A DNA stretch of 54,181 nucleotides, from positions 1-54,181 of IMG/VR virus record IMGVR_UViG_3300036852_000023. The stretch is one strand, 5' to 3'. The notes beneath the pieces were generated by a model. That model had not been told where the DNA came from. It did no database searches and saw only the letters and a list, made by a program, of their open reading frames with translations. The position numbers and the translations under genes are program-made. This DNA is from a virus (Duplodnaviria; Caudoviricetes). Positions 44,618 through 52,721 of this stretch are shown here, one piece after another (position 1 is the first letter of the stretch; every line of letters begins with the position of its first letter).

Positions 44618-44797
44618 ATGACATTCCACGTTTTCGCTAATGATTGCGATTTTGGCTTCATCAATGCCACTGATGAGCAGGAAGCAAAAGATAAGGCCGC
44701 TCAAATGGCTGGTTATAAATCCGAAGCTGACTTAGTAGAAAAATTGAATGCGCCTTCTGAATTGGTCGCAGTTTTCTACCATGCAATCAATATTTGA
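44618..44797 (+). CDS. Small acidic protein
   Basis: AGGAG RBS behind its own promoter. Confidence 0.7.
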   Translation: MTFHVFANDCDFGFINATDEQEAKDKAAQMAGYKSEADLVEKLNAPSELVAVFYHAINI

Positions 44798-44808
44798 GAG
44801 CAATTTCC

Positions 44809-45000
44809 ATGGCCGTCAAACTCAGCAAAGAAGTAATGGAGATGGTGCAGACACTGCTGGATGTGCGCAACACTCTTGATGATGTGCTGGTTGATGCACG
44901 GCATACCAACGGTGTTGATGCATTGTTCATCCGCCAGGCCGCAGATAGTTCAATCAGTGCGATTGATATGGCGCTGGATTTGATTAAATACAACGATTAG
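44809..45000 (+). CDS. Hypothetical protein
   Basis: ORF track; helical. Confidence 0.55.
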   Translation: MAVKLSKEVMEMVQTLLDVRNTLDDVLVDARHTNGVDALFIRQAADSSISAIDMALDLIKYND

Positions 45001-45009
45001 GAGCGAAAC

Positions 45010-45126
45010 ATGACACGCGTTTTCATCTGCCTAGCCATACTGCTAGCAATTATCGTCGGACTTGTGGCCTACATCGCAGCCGCGCCTTTGCGGCATATCG
45101 CATCTGTTTTGGAGCGGCAGCCATGA
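45010..45126 (+). CDS. 38-aa single-TM peptide (not in ORF track)
   Basis: MTRVFICLAILLAIIVGLVAYIAAAPLRH; AGGAG RBS; ATGA coupling. Confidence 0.6.
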   Translation: MTRVFICLAILLAIIVGLVAYIAAAPLRHIASVLERQP

Positions 45127-45470
45127 GCAAACAGGAGCCGGTGGCGTTTTTGGTCGAGCGGCACTCTTTTCGTGTTTCGCCGCATGGTCAAGATGCAGAG
45201 GGTCATGACTGGCTAGAGGTGACAAACGATGGTGAGGCTGGATCATTTGCCGTCTACACCGCCGACTACGCCGAATCCCTGCGCCAGCAGCGGGATGAGC
45301 TGCTGACCTCACTGGAAAGTATCAGAGACGTGTTGGAATTTCACGAAGGCAGCGCTAAGCCTTTGCATGAAGGCGCGCATCCAAGCGTAATCATCAATGG
45401 CGACGACCATGCTCTGATGCTGGCCGATGCCCGCGCCGCCATCGCCAAAGCCAAGGAGCAAGACGCATGA
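45123..45470 (+). CDS. Hypothetical protein
   Basis: QEPVA...QQRDELL...ARAAIAKA mosaic phage motifs. Confidence 0.7.
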   Translation: MSKQEPVAFLVERHSFRVSPHGQDAEGHDWLEVTNDGEAGSFAVYTADYAESLRQQRDELLTSLESIRDVLEFHEGSAKPLHEGAHPSVIINGDDHALMLADARAAIAKAKEQDA

Positions 45471-45826
45471 TTGAAGAACGGACGTATGGCCGCGCCAAAA
45501 TGACGATGAATGATCTTATGGGTGGCGAAGGAATCGCGTCTTCTGCATCAATCACCCTAGACCTTGCAGAACACATCCGCGACCTGCAAGCGCAACTGGC
45601 GCAGAGCGAGGCGCGGGCGGCGGGGTTGGTGCCAAACGCTAATCGATATGAATTTCTGAAAGCGCGTTTCACCGGCTACGACTTTAACTGGATGCCAAGC
45701 GAGCAAGGGCTGATGGATGGCAAAGTCTGCGTAGTTTTTGAAGTAAGCCAAGACCACCGTGGTGGCCGCGATATTGACGAAGCCATTGATACCTACATCA
45801 GTGATACGGCAATGCGCCATGAGTAA
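45467..45826 (+). CDS. Hypothetical protein
   Basis: A.RY.FL...IDEAID pattern; coupled. Confidence 0.65.
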   Translation: MIEERTYGRAKMTMNDLMGGEGIASSASITLDLAEHIRDLQAQLAQSEARAAGLVPNANRYEFLKARFTGYDFNWMPSEQGLMDGKVCVVFEVSQDHRGGRDIDEAIDTYISDTAMRHE

Positions 45827-46250
45827 GCAATCTTTCGTGATCGCCAGCCAAGCCAGCCTGCGCGAAGTGATGCTGCAGGTTTGGCAGTGCGTGTGCGCGA
45901 TGATGGGGGATGATCCGAAAGGAGTCGAGGTTTCGGTCAAGCCGATTAGCTTACGCTCGGCGCAAGCGTCGGCATTGATGTGGATCAGATTGGGCGAACT
46001 GGAAAAGCAGACCGATTGGCACGGCATCAAGCTGAGCGCTGAGGAGTTCAAGGACTTGCTGAGCGCCGGGCTGACTAAATCCAAAGTAGTGCCGAACATC
46101 GACGGCACCGGCTTTGTCATCCTTGGCCAGCGCACCAGCAAGATGAGCGTCAAGCAGATGGCGGAACTGATTACGCTGATTGAGGCATTCGGCGCTGAAA
46201 GAAATGTCAGATTTAGTGCTGATCCAAGGATGGTAGAAGCGTATGAGTAA
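45819..46250 (+). CDS. ninB: NinB-like recombination protein
   Basis: RS.Q.AL.W..L....Q..W.G..L..E.FKD, VP.IDG.GFV.LG.RTSKM....M.ELI. Confidence 0.88.
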   Translation: MSKQSFVIASQASLREVMLQVWQCVCAMMGDDPKGVEVSVKPISLRSAQASALMWIRLGELEKQTDWHGIKLSAEEFKDLLSAGLTKSKVVPNIDGTGFVILGQRTSKMSVKQMAELITLIEAFGAERNVRFSADPRMVEAYE

Positions 46251-46536
46251 ATCCAAAGCCATGCACGATTGGCAGAGCCGCGTCGCTGAGTTGGGTTGCA
46301 TCGCCTGCGAGAAGATCGGCTATCACGGCACACCGGCAGAACTGCATCATATCCGCGAAACCGCTGGCGGTGGACAGAAGTCCGGCGATGATGAAGTGGT
46401 GCCGCTCTGCCCAGCTCACCATCGCGGCACGATGCACCCATTAACGCCGTCCATCCACCTAGACCGGCGCGTATTCATTGAGCAATTCGGCAGTGAGGTA
46501 GAGTTGCTGGCAGAAGTGAAGCGGCGGTTGGCATGA
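46243..46536 (+). CDS. Ref/DUF968-like HNH nuclease
   Basis: LGCIAC...HH.R...PLCP.HHR...FG.E.ELL. Confidence 0.82.
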   Translation: MSKSKAMHDWQSRVAELGCIACEKIGYHGTPAELHHIRETAGGGQKSGDDEVVPLCPAHHRGTMHPLTPSIHLDRRVFIEQFGSEVELLAEVKRRLA

Positions 46537-46808
46537 TTCAGATATTTAGAACAATTGCAGAAGTGATTGGATGGCTAGTCCTTGCCGTATTCATAATATG
46601 GCCGTTAGATATTTCATTTAAGAATGGAATATTCCGTTTCTGCTATTTTGATTCAGGATTAATTATCATTGATCGGCGCAAGAATGAAGTGCTTGTTTCC
46701 CGTATGAAAGAGATTGGATACAGGCTGATTGACGTTCGATCCTTTTCTGTTGGAATCTCATTGCCAAGTTGGCTTGGCCGATTGATCTATAGGCATAGAA
46801 ATCACTAA
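46533..46808 (+). CDS. Membrane-anchored hypothetical protein
   Basis: N-terminal TM; AT-rich. Confidence 0.55.
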   Translation: MIQIFRTIAEVIGWLVLAVFIIWPLDISFKNGIFRFCYFDSGLIIIDRRKNEVLVSRMKEIGYRLIDVRSFSVGISLPSWLGRLIYRHRNH

Positions 46809-46856
46809 CCACGGTCGCTTTGACACAGCCAAAGCCGCCATAGAGGAGCAAGCGAG

Positions 46857-47336
46857 ATGGCACAAGTAACAATCGATATGTGCAACTACATTATTGAATA
46901 CGCTGAACGTGGCGAGAGTTTCCCATTGACGGTTAATGAATTGAGTCAATTGGCACATTCATTCATCGCCGCGCACGCCGGGCCGGGTGGTGGGCTGACG
47001 GACGATGATATTATCAAAATCTTTGCCGAGAAAGGTCGCCAGAAAATTGATTGCTTAGAAGTGAGTTACGATGAGGCCTTGGCTATCGCCCGCGCCATCG
47101 AGCAGCGCGTCACGGGGCAGGAGCCGTTGGTAAATGCATTCCCAGCGATTAACCAAGCCATGTGCATCATGGGTGGCTTAAAGGCCAAGGAGCTTGGCTT
47201 TGATAATTTCTGCGGAAGCCATGCAAAGCAGGTATTCGAAGCAATGATCTTGGCCTATGAGAAATACGGCAATGTGCCAGATCCAGTTATCTATTGCGAT
47301 GGCCCGCAGCCGGTGGCTGTGCCGGATAAAGAATAG
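46857..47336 (+). CDS. Hypothetical mosaic protein
   Basis: GAGGAG RBS; LTDD.I...ARAIE; ends PQPVAVPD. Confidence 0.65.
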   Translation: MAQVTIDMCNYIIEYAERGESFPLTVNELSQLAHSFIAAHAGPGGGLTDDDIIKIFAEKGRQKIDCLEVSYDEALAIARAIEQRVTGQEPLVNAFPAINQAMCIMGGLKAKELGFDNFCGSHAKQVFEAMILAYEKYGNVPDPVIYCDGPQPVAVPDKE

Positions 47337-47341
47337 GATTA

Positions 47342-47806
47342 GTGGTGGATTTAGATAAATTCATTGAGCCGAAAATTACGCGCATCCCTGAATCTGGATG
47401 TTGGATTTGGCTAAGTTCACTATCTAAAACCGGTTACGCCATTGGTAGGCCAGAAGAAAAGCATGTACGTATCCATCGCTGGCTTTATCAGAAATTACAT
47501 GGAAGTGTTGGCGACCTTACTCTGGATCACTTATGCAAGAATAGATGTTGTATAAATCCAAATCATCTTGAGCCTGTTACGGCTGGCGAAAATTCACTTA
47601 GAGGAAATGGGCCGACTGCGATCAATGCAAGAATGAAAGCATGTAAAAATGGTCACCCATTTGATCGATTGGTTTATTACAGCAATGGGAAGACTAAACG
47701 GATTTGCTCTATTTGTAGAAATGAAAGAGATAAGCGGGGCAAACGCAAACGGCGTGCGAAAGCGCACTATGTCGCCGGCGCCCCTCGGCAGGAGGATCAG
47801 CCATGA
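47342..47806 (+). CDS. HNH homing endonuclease
   Basis: SGCWIW, HRW.Y, LDHLC.NR.C.NP.HLEPVT..EN, C.NGH, C.IC. Confidence 0.9.
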   Translation: MVDLDKFIEPKITRIPESGCWIWLSSLSKTGYAIGRPEEKHVRIHRWLYQKLHGSVGDLTLDHLCKNRCCINPNHLEPVTAGENSLRGNGPTAINARMKACKNGHPFDRLVYYSNGKTKRICSICRNERDKRGKRKRRAKAHYVAGAPRQEDQP

Positions 47807-48036
47807 TTGTCCGCAATACGTCTTTGTGGAAGACGCGTCTTAATTCAAACCACCCACCGGATAGTGTTGCCCCCGTGGAGTTTAAATGGGGCTGCAAATT
47901 TATCCGCATTGATGGGAGTGCGCCAAAAGGCCATAAAGTCTGTTGGTATAACGGGACTTGGATCGGTTGGAGTGTGTTTGTATCACCAATCTTCAAGCGT
48001 CGAACACAAAGACATTTCGCTAGGAATAAGCCATGA
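47803..48036 (+). CDS. Hypothetical protein
   Basis: AGGAGG RBS; ATGA coupling. Confidence 0.6.
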   Translation: MIVRNTSLWKTRLNSNHPPDSVAPVEFKWGCKFIRIDGSAPKGHKVCWYNGTWIGWSVFVSPIFKRRTQRHFARNKP

Positions 48037-48527
48037 CCGAACAACGGCAGGCGTTTGAGGGCTATGTAAAGTCTCGTGGCGGTTCTGTTATGAAACGATT
48101 TGGCGCTTATGTCGAGTCGATGACGCGGGAGTGGTGGGATTGCTGGCAATCAGCTCAAGCCGCGCTCGCCCAGCGTGAGCCGGGGGCGGATGGTGAAGTA
48201 GCTGAAACTATTCATCTGTTGCACGAGTTCGCTGAGGAGGACTGTGAAGTGACGGCTCAAGCGGATTTCATCCTAGGCGCAGCGTGCGTATTGGAACGCA
48301 CCGAAACGGCGCGGCTGGCTGCTGAGGAAAATTATCAAGCGGCCACTTTACGCGCCAATGCCAATGCGGAAATGTTCAAGTCGATGCAATTAGAGAACGA
48401 CGCGCTGCGCACCGAACTAAATGAAACCAAGGAAACTGCAGTCAAACTAGGAAGTGGTCTAGTGGACGCGATGGAAGAGATTGGCGAATTGCGCGCCGAA
48501 CTGGCCGCGCTGAAACAAGCAAAATAG
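48033..48527 (+). CDS. Coiled-coil hypothetical protein
   Basis: R.AFE...W..WQ.A; heptad C-terminus. Confidence 0.65.
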   Translation: MTEQRQAFEGYVKSRGGSVMKRFGAYVESMTREWWDCWQSAQAALAQREPGADGEVAETIHLLHEFAEEDCEVTAQADFILGAACVLERTETARLAAEENYQAATLRANANAEMFKSMQLENDALRTELNETKETAVKLGSGLVDAMEEIGELRAELAALKQAK

Positions 48528-48529
48528 AC

Positions 48530-48562
48530 TTGCAATATGCGCACAAAAAGCGCATATTTAAA
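48530..48562 (+). promoter_or_regulatory. Promoter with palindromic operator
   Basis: ttgcaa overlapped by aatatgcgc-N7-gcgcatatt. Confidence 0.6.
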
Positions 48563-48678
48563 ACGTTACACTGTTGCTCCTAGCGCGAAAGCGCATTTAG
48601 CCCACCATCTGAGTAGTACATAGTCCCCACGGGGCAGATGGTGGGAATTTTTTCACCAATCTTCAAGGATAAAATGCA

Positions 48679-48945
48679 ATGGCCAGTGGAAATGTACCAG
48701 CATTCCCTATTGCTTGTGAAATAGGTGAGGGGGATATTGATTTTTGGGGCGAAGTGCAGAAAGAAAATATTACCGTAACCTACGGTGGGTTATCAGTACG
48801 TCAATTCACCGCCATCAAAATGATGCAATCCCTCATCCCCGTAGCCTATGCCGAGACAGACAAGCCATGTCCTATCTCAATGGCCGATAAGGCGGTTGAG
48901 CTGGCAGATGCGATCATCGCACGACTGGAAAGGGATGCGGAATGA
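48679..48945 (+). CDS. Hypothetical protein (PAFP...G(L/M)(S/T).R family)
   Basis: PAFP, GLSVRQF.A..MMQ, AV.LADA. Confidence 0.7.
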   Translation: MASGNVPAFPIACEIGEGDIDFWGEVQKENITVTYGGLSVRQFTAIKMMQSLIPVAYAETDKPCPISMADKAVELADAIIARLERDAE

Positions 48946-49103
48946 GCGACGATTTCAAGAGCGGAATTTACTGCGGCGCAAATGGCGCATTGGCGATAAT
49001 GAACATTGTTTATGGGGCTATACATAATTCCACATTCAACATTGTTTTAGCTATCGCATGCGGCGGTGTGGCCTATATGAACTGGCGCAAGGCTAGAGCT
49101 TGA
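48942..49103 (+). CDS. 53-aa two-TM protein (not in ORF track)
   Basis: MSDDFKSGIYCGANGALAIMNIVYG...; ATGA coupling. Confidence 0.55.
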   Translation: MSDDFKSGIYCGANGALAIMNIVYGAIHNSTFNIVLAIACGGVAYMNWRKARA

Positions 49104-49109
49104 TACTGT

Positions 49110-49500
49110 GCTGAAGTGGTGGGATAATGGCTTCACATTCTGCGTGGAAACAGAATAGAGAGATGGGTTAAGTAGCGTATCTGCCCCAGAAATGGGGTTT
49201 CCACCAGATGCGCGACTTAACCCATTTTTCGTTTCCATCGCGCAACGTGGCGTCAAGGTGCCCACTGGGAATGCAAAAAGCTGAGCGATACCCCACCAAG
49301 GTGAGCGGGCAGTGGTAAGGCGCTAATTGCTAGCGACCCGGTGCAAATCCGTAATAATCCACCGACTGGCAGTACCGACAAGTCGAGGGCTTACGGTAAT
49401 CAATCCGTAGCATGTCGGTCCCCGTAATGGGTGTGAACCCTGTCCAATTCTCTATTTATTAATGGGGAAGGGGGCAGTCTTGTGAACTGTACTAGGGTTA
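49110..49500 (+). ncRNA. Putative multi-domain structured RNA
   Basis: ~400 nt gap filled with consecutive stems. Confidence 0.4.
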
Positions 49501-49505
49501 ACCTT

Positions 49506-49862
49506 ATGCGAGCTGTCCTGTACTCAGATTACGACATGGACCCAATAACAGTATTTGATGTGCCAGATTGGGCTATGGAAAGAATGGCTCATGGCGAGAG
49601 AATTAAATTCTTACCTATTCTGGAAGTATCAACCATTCCCATTACTGATGATCCATGTAATTCTATTCTGATGCACTATGTAACGGTCTGGGCTGAGCCA
49701 TTGCGGCGTAAAGACCAGCGAACCTACATGCTATTCACTAATGACGATGAATGGGCATTAAAGCTGCGCAGTGAGCTATTGGCAGGGCAGGCAGGAGATT
49801 CCCGTCGCCGCGAGCATAAAGCCTTCTTGCAAGGTTTGATGACAGGGTTAAGAACTTACTAG
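49506..49862 (+). CDS. Hypothetical protein
   Basis: VLY...D..PITV...AL.LRS.LL.GQ. Confidence 0.65.
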   Translation: MRAVLYSDYDMDPITVFDVPDWAMERMAHGERIKFLPILEVSTIPITDDPCNSILMHYVTVWAEPLRRKDQRTYMLFTNDDEWALKLRSELLAGQAGDSRRREHKAFLQGLMTGLRTY

Positions 49863-49876
49863 CACAGGAGCCAGCC

Positions 49877-50044
49877 ATGAGCAAAGAAGACAACGAGCCG
49901 TTATCCGACAAACTCAGGACTGGCGTATGGTCAAAGCCACCAGTAAAGCCCATCCGCAGCGAGGAGACCCGCAAGCGGCTGGCGGATTTGGAATCACGGC
50001 GTGACTTGGAGCGGCGCATTGGTAAGGATATTTGGGAGGATTGA
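49877..50044 (+). CDS. 55-aa hypothetical protein (not in ORF track)
   Basis: AGGAG RBS; MSKEDNEPLSDKLRTG... Confidence 0.55.
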   Translation: MSKEDNEPLSDKLRTGVWSKPPVKPIRSEETRKRLADLESRRDLERRIGKDIWED

Positions 50045-50045
50045 T

Positions 50046-50363
50046 ATGAAACAGCCTTGTCAATCAGCCATGAAATTGGCTAGTTTAGGATGGATACATG
50101 GCATACATATTGAACAACATCAGACAGGGACTGACACGGCGGATACCTTTTGCAAAATCACTGGCAGCAATGGAACTGCTAGCGGATTATGGTCTGAATA
50201 TGCTCAATTTTTAAATGTCCGTCCTGGGCATTGCTATATCGCTGAATTAAAGGACGATGTACGTAAGCAAGTTGAAGAATGGAATGAATATGAAAGGAAA
50301 AATAAAGCTGAGCTTGCTACTTACAAAAGACTAAAGGCCAAGTTTGAAGGCATTGATTCATGA
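50046..50363 (+). CDS. Hypothetical protein
   Basis: GGAGG RBS; ELA.Y.RLK.KFE C-terminus. Confidence 0.65.
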   Translation: MKQPCQSAMKLASLGWIHGIHIEQHQTGTDTADTFCKITGSNGTASGLWSEYAQFLNVRPGHCYIAELKDDVRKQVEEWNEYERKNKAELATYKRLKAKFEGIDS

Positions 50364-50671
50364 CGCCGCCTAAATTCAGCCTACATGCCATAGAGCGCTT
50401 TGCCGAGCGCTTCCCGGCCAAGGCAAGCCGCATGTACGCGATTTTCGAGGCATCCACGCTGTATAAGGGCTGGATAAACAACACGCGGCTCATGGCAACC
50501 TTGGTGCGCAAATACGGCGATGTGGTCGGGCAGCAGCAAGTGCGCATCGCTGAGGGCGTGGCATTTATCATCGGGCCGCGCCGAGATGGTGAGATGTATG
50601 TGATTACCTGTGTACCCGCGACGCAGTACATCGACTCGCGGTTGCCGTGGCTTAAGGAGAGGGTGAGATAA
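50360..50671 (+). CDS. Putative BECR-fold RNase-like protein
   Basis: FS.HAIERF.ERF N-terminus and YVIT C-terminal strand. Confidence 0.5.
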   Translation: MTPPKFSLHAIERFAERFPAKASRMYAIFEASTLYKGWINNTRLMATLVRKYGDVVGQQQVRIAEGVAFIIGPRRDGEMYVITCVPATQYIDSRLPWLKERVR

Positions 50672-50928
50672 TGTCAATGATAGAAGATGCATACTTTGCT
50701 TTCCCATCTCATGAAGCATCCAGCAGTGACCCACGCAATCAGATAAGTGGTGGGGGCATGACCCTCCGCGATTACTTCGCAGCTAAGGCCTTGGGGGCAC
50801 TTATCAATACCCCGCATTCTTGGTTTGATCTGAATCTAAGACCGAAAGACGGGCTTTCTGATACGGAACAAATCTGTAGATTTGCATATCAGTATGCTGA
50901 TGCAATGCTCAAGGAGCGCTCGCGATGA
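50671..50928 (+). CDS. Hypothetical protein (GMTLRDYFAAKA family)
   Basis: AFP, GMTLRDYFAAKAL, AY.YADAML.ER. Confidence 0.8.
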   Translation: MSMIEDAYFAFPSHEASSSDPRNQISGGGMTLRDYFAAKALGALINTPHSWFDLNLRPKDGLSDTEQICRFAYQYADAMLKERSR

Positions 50929-50940
50929 CCCAAAGAGCTT

Positions 50941-51207
50941 ATGATGCTGGTGGCCGAGGCTGCATTTGATGCTGGAATGGAACATGCCTATGACGTGGAT
51001 GATGACAAACAGCCGACGCAACCAGATAAGGCAGCCATCGTTGACCGCATCCTGGCTGAGCATTCAGACGATGAATCAGCCATGCTCACGATTGCCTACA
51101 TGAGCGGTATTGAGCACGGCAAGCAATTGGCGGCACAGCAAGCCGATTGCGAATTCTCATCTCAGAATAGAAAAGCCGTTGATAAATATGCAAAGTTTGA
51201 GGATTAA
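50941..51207 (+). CDS. Acidic hypothetical protein
   Basis: ORF track; LTIAYMSG. Confidence 0.55.
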   Translation: MMLVAEAAFDAGMEHAYDVDDDKQPTQPDKAAIVDRILAEHSDDESAMLTIAYMSGIEHGKQLAAQQADCEFSSQNRKAVDKYAKFED

Positions 51208-51246
51208 AATTGCCGAAACCCACACCATCCTTGCAAAGGAACCAAA

Positions 51247-51633
51247 ATGATCTGTACTGAATGGATAAAATGGGAAGGCGGCGATATGCCTGTACCTGAA
51301 GGTGCGCTCGTGGATGTGCATTACCGCTTTGGCACAACTCGCATTGCAGTGAGAGCCGGTCAATACGCTGACCAAGATGGAACGTATCCAGCGCAAGTAT
51401 GGGCTCATTGCAATAACGCATATGACATTGTTGGCTACCGTGCCTATTACGCAGATAAGGCTGAGCCGAAACAAAAGAACGTAGGCCTTGCAATTGCAGA
51501 AAACCGCGTGCAGCTTACCATTGATCTGATTGAATCATTGGCAGGCTATAAAATTTACTATGGAGAACGAATGGCAAAGGTAATTCGCCAACTCAAGAAG
51601 CTCCAGAAGGAAATAGAGGAGGATTTGGGATGA
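51247..51633 (+). CDS. Hypothetical protein (WIKW.GG..PV family)
   Basis: Paralogous N-domain to 37277-37789; AAGGA RBS. Confidence 0.7.
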   Translation: MICTEWIKWEGGDMPVPEGALVDVHYRFGTTRIAVRAGQYADQDGTYPAQVWAHCNNAYDIVGYRAYYADKAEPKQKNVGLAIAENRVQLTIDLIESLAGYKIYYGERMAKVIRQLKKLQKEIEEDLG

Positions 51634-51682
51634 GCGACCGTGAAGCTTGGATGAATGATCTAGAGAAAAGCTAAAATATTTC

Positions 51683-51745
51683 TTGCATCTTGTTTGTGTG
51701 CGTATATAATCAAGTTAAGACCAACGCAGCACAACGAACAGGACA
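51683..51745 (+). promoter_or_regulatory. Sigma70-like promoter and leader
   Basis: ttgcat-16-tataat; caacgcagc leader; AGGA RBS. Confidence 0.7.
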
Positions 51746-51750
51746 AGACC

Positions 51751-51933
51751 ATGAAAACCATCGAAACCAAAGGCGCATACGAACTGGCCGAATACGGCGT
51801 GTTCTTCAAGAATGGCGATGTAGTCCGCGACCGTTATGGCGTAAAGCATGTCGTACTTGAGCATAACGGCTGCGAAGTACTGACCTACAGCGGCAATACC
51901 ATTCACCCTCGCAACTTGATTAAAGCAGCATGA
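51751..51933 (+). CDS. Small SH3-like hypothetical protein
   Basis: F..GDVV.D.YG..H.V...HP.NL. Confidence 0.65.
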   Translation: MKTIETKGAYELAEYGVFFKNGDVVRDRYGVKHVVLEHNGCEVLTYSGNTIHPRNLIKAA

Positions 51934-52112
51934 GTGCAAATCAACATGGCGGCCATCGCAAGGGGGCTGGCAGGCCACCACAAGGCATGATGCGCAAGAC
52001 CGTGACGATAGACGAGCAGACTATCGCCATACTCACACAGCTAGGTGACGGCGAATTATCCAAGGGAATCAGGATAGCCGCACAGATAGCCAGCCAAACC
52101 AAGCCAGCCTAA
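51930..52112 (+). CDS. Ribbon-helix-helix-like regulator with GGxRxGAGR N-terminus
   Basis: HGGHRKGAGRPP, RKTVTID, LG.G.LS.GIR. Confidence 0.7.
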   Translation: MSANQHGGHRKGAGRPPQGMMRKTVTIDEQTIAILTQLGDGELSKGIRIAAQIASQTKPA

Positions 52113-52130
52113 CCGCTGGCTTTTCTTTCT
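52101..52130 (+). terminator. Intrinsic terminator
   Basis: aagccagc-ctaacc-gctggctt followed by ttctttct. Confidence 0.75.
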
Positions 52131-52184
52131 TCAATCCGAATAGTGTTCGGTTATAATGGCTTTATTTCCGAACATTTCCGAATT

Positions 52185-52721
52185 ATGGCTCGTCCCAGCA
52201 AAATAACCGACGCGCAATTAGCTGAAATTTGGTCAAGGTATTTGGCAGGGGAACTATTGTCCAAATTGGCTAAAGAGTTCGGCATGAGTGCGTCCTCATT
52301 GTCTGAGCGATTGAAGGGCCGGAAAGATGGACTGCACGAAATCGCAAATGAGCTGGCGGCTGCCGAAAAGAAGTTCGAGCAATTGCCAGTCGTGCAGCAA
52401 AAGGCCGTGCGCAATCTAACTGACGATCTGAAGGATATTTCGTTTCACTTAGCTGGCGCTGCCAAATATGGGGCCATGAGTGCCCATAGATTGGCCACAA
52501 TCGCTCAAGGCCAAGCTGAGCGCGTGAGTGATGTAGATCCATTAGGCGAATCGGCGCAAGAGCTTCAGGCGGTCGCAGTGCTCACGGAAACGGCCAACAA
52601 AGCCGCCAAGACTGGCATCGATCTAATCCGCGCCGTCAATCAAGACAAAGACAAGGACAAAGCCCCGCCAGAAGACAAGGCCGACTTTCTGCGACAGATT
52701 GCGGATAAGCTCAACAACTGA
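52185..52721 (+). CDS. terS: Terminase small subunit
   Basis: MARPSK.T + HTH (Y.AGE....LAKEFG.S); directly upstream of terL. Confidence 0.8.
   Translation: MARPSKITDAQLAEIWSRYLAGELLSKLAKEFGMSASSLSERLKGRKDGLHEIANELAAAEKKFEQLPVVQQKAVRNLTDDLKDISFHLAGAAKYGAMSAHRLATIAQGQAERVSDVDPLGESAQELQAVAVLTETANKAAKTGIDLIRAVNQDKDKDKAPPEDKADFLRQIADKLNN

Noticed and set aside
45557-46441. 294-aa - strand ORF
   Set aside because: Antisense to well-supported ninB and Ref-like genes; no recognisable motifs
49300-49365. Canonical tRNA gene
   Set aside because: No 7-bp acceptor stem, no 7-nt anticodon loop and the T-loop lacks TTC; kept only as a tRNA-like observation
51930-52112. BrnA-like antitoxin call for the RHH protein
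   Set aside because: Resemblance is limited to the GRP+RHH DNA-binding part; no adjacent toxin; more simply a cassette regulator
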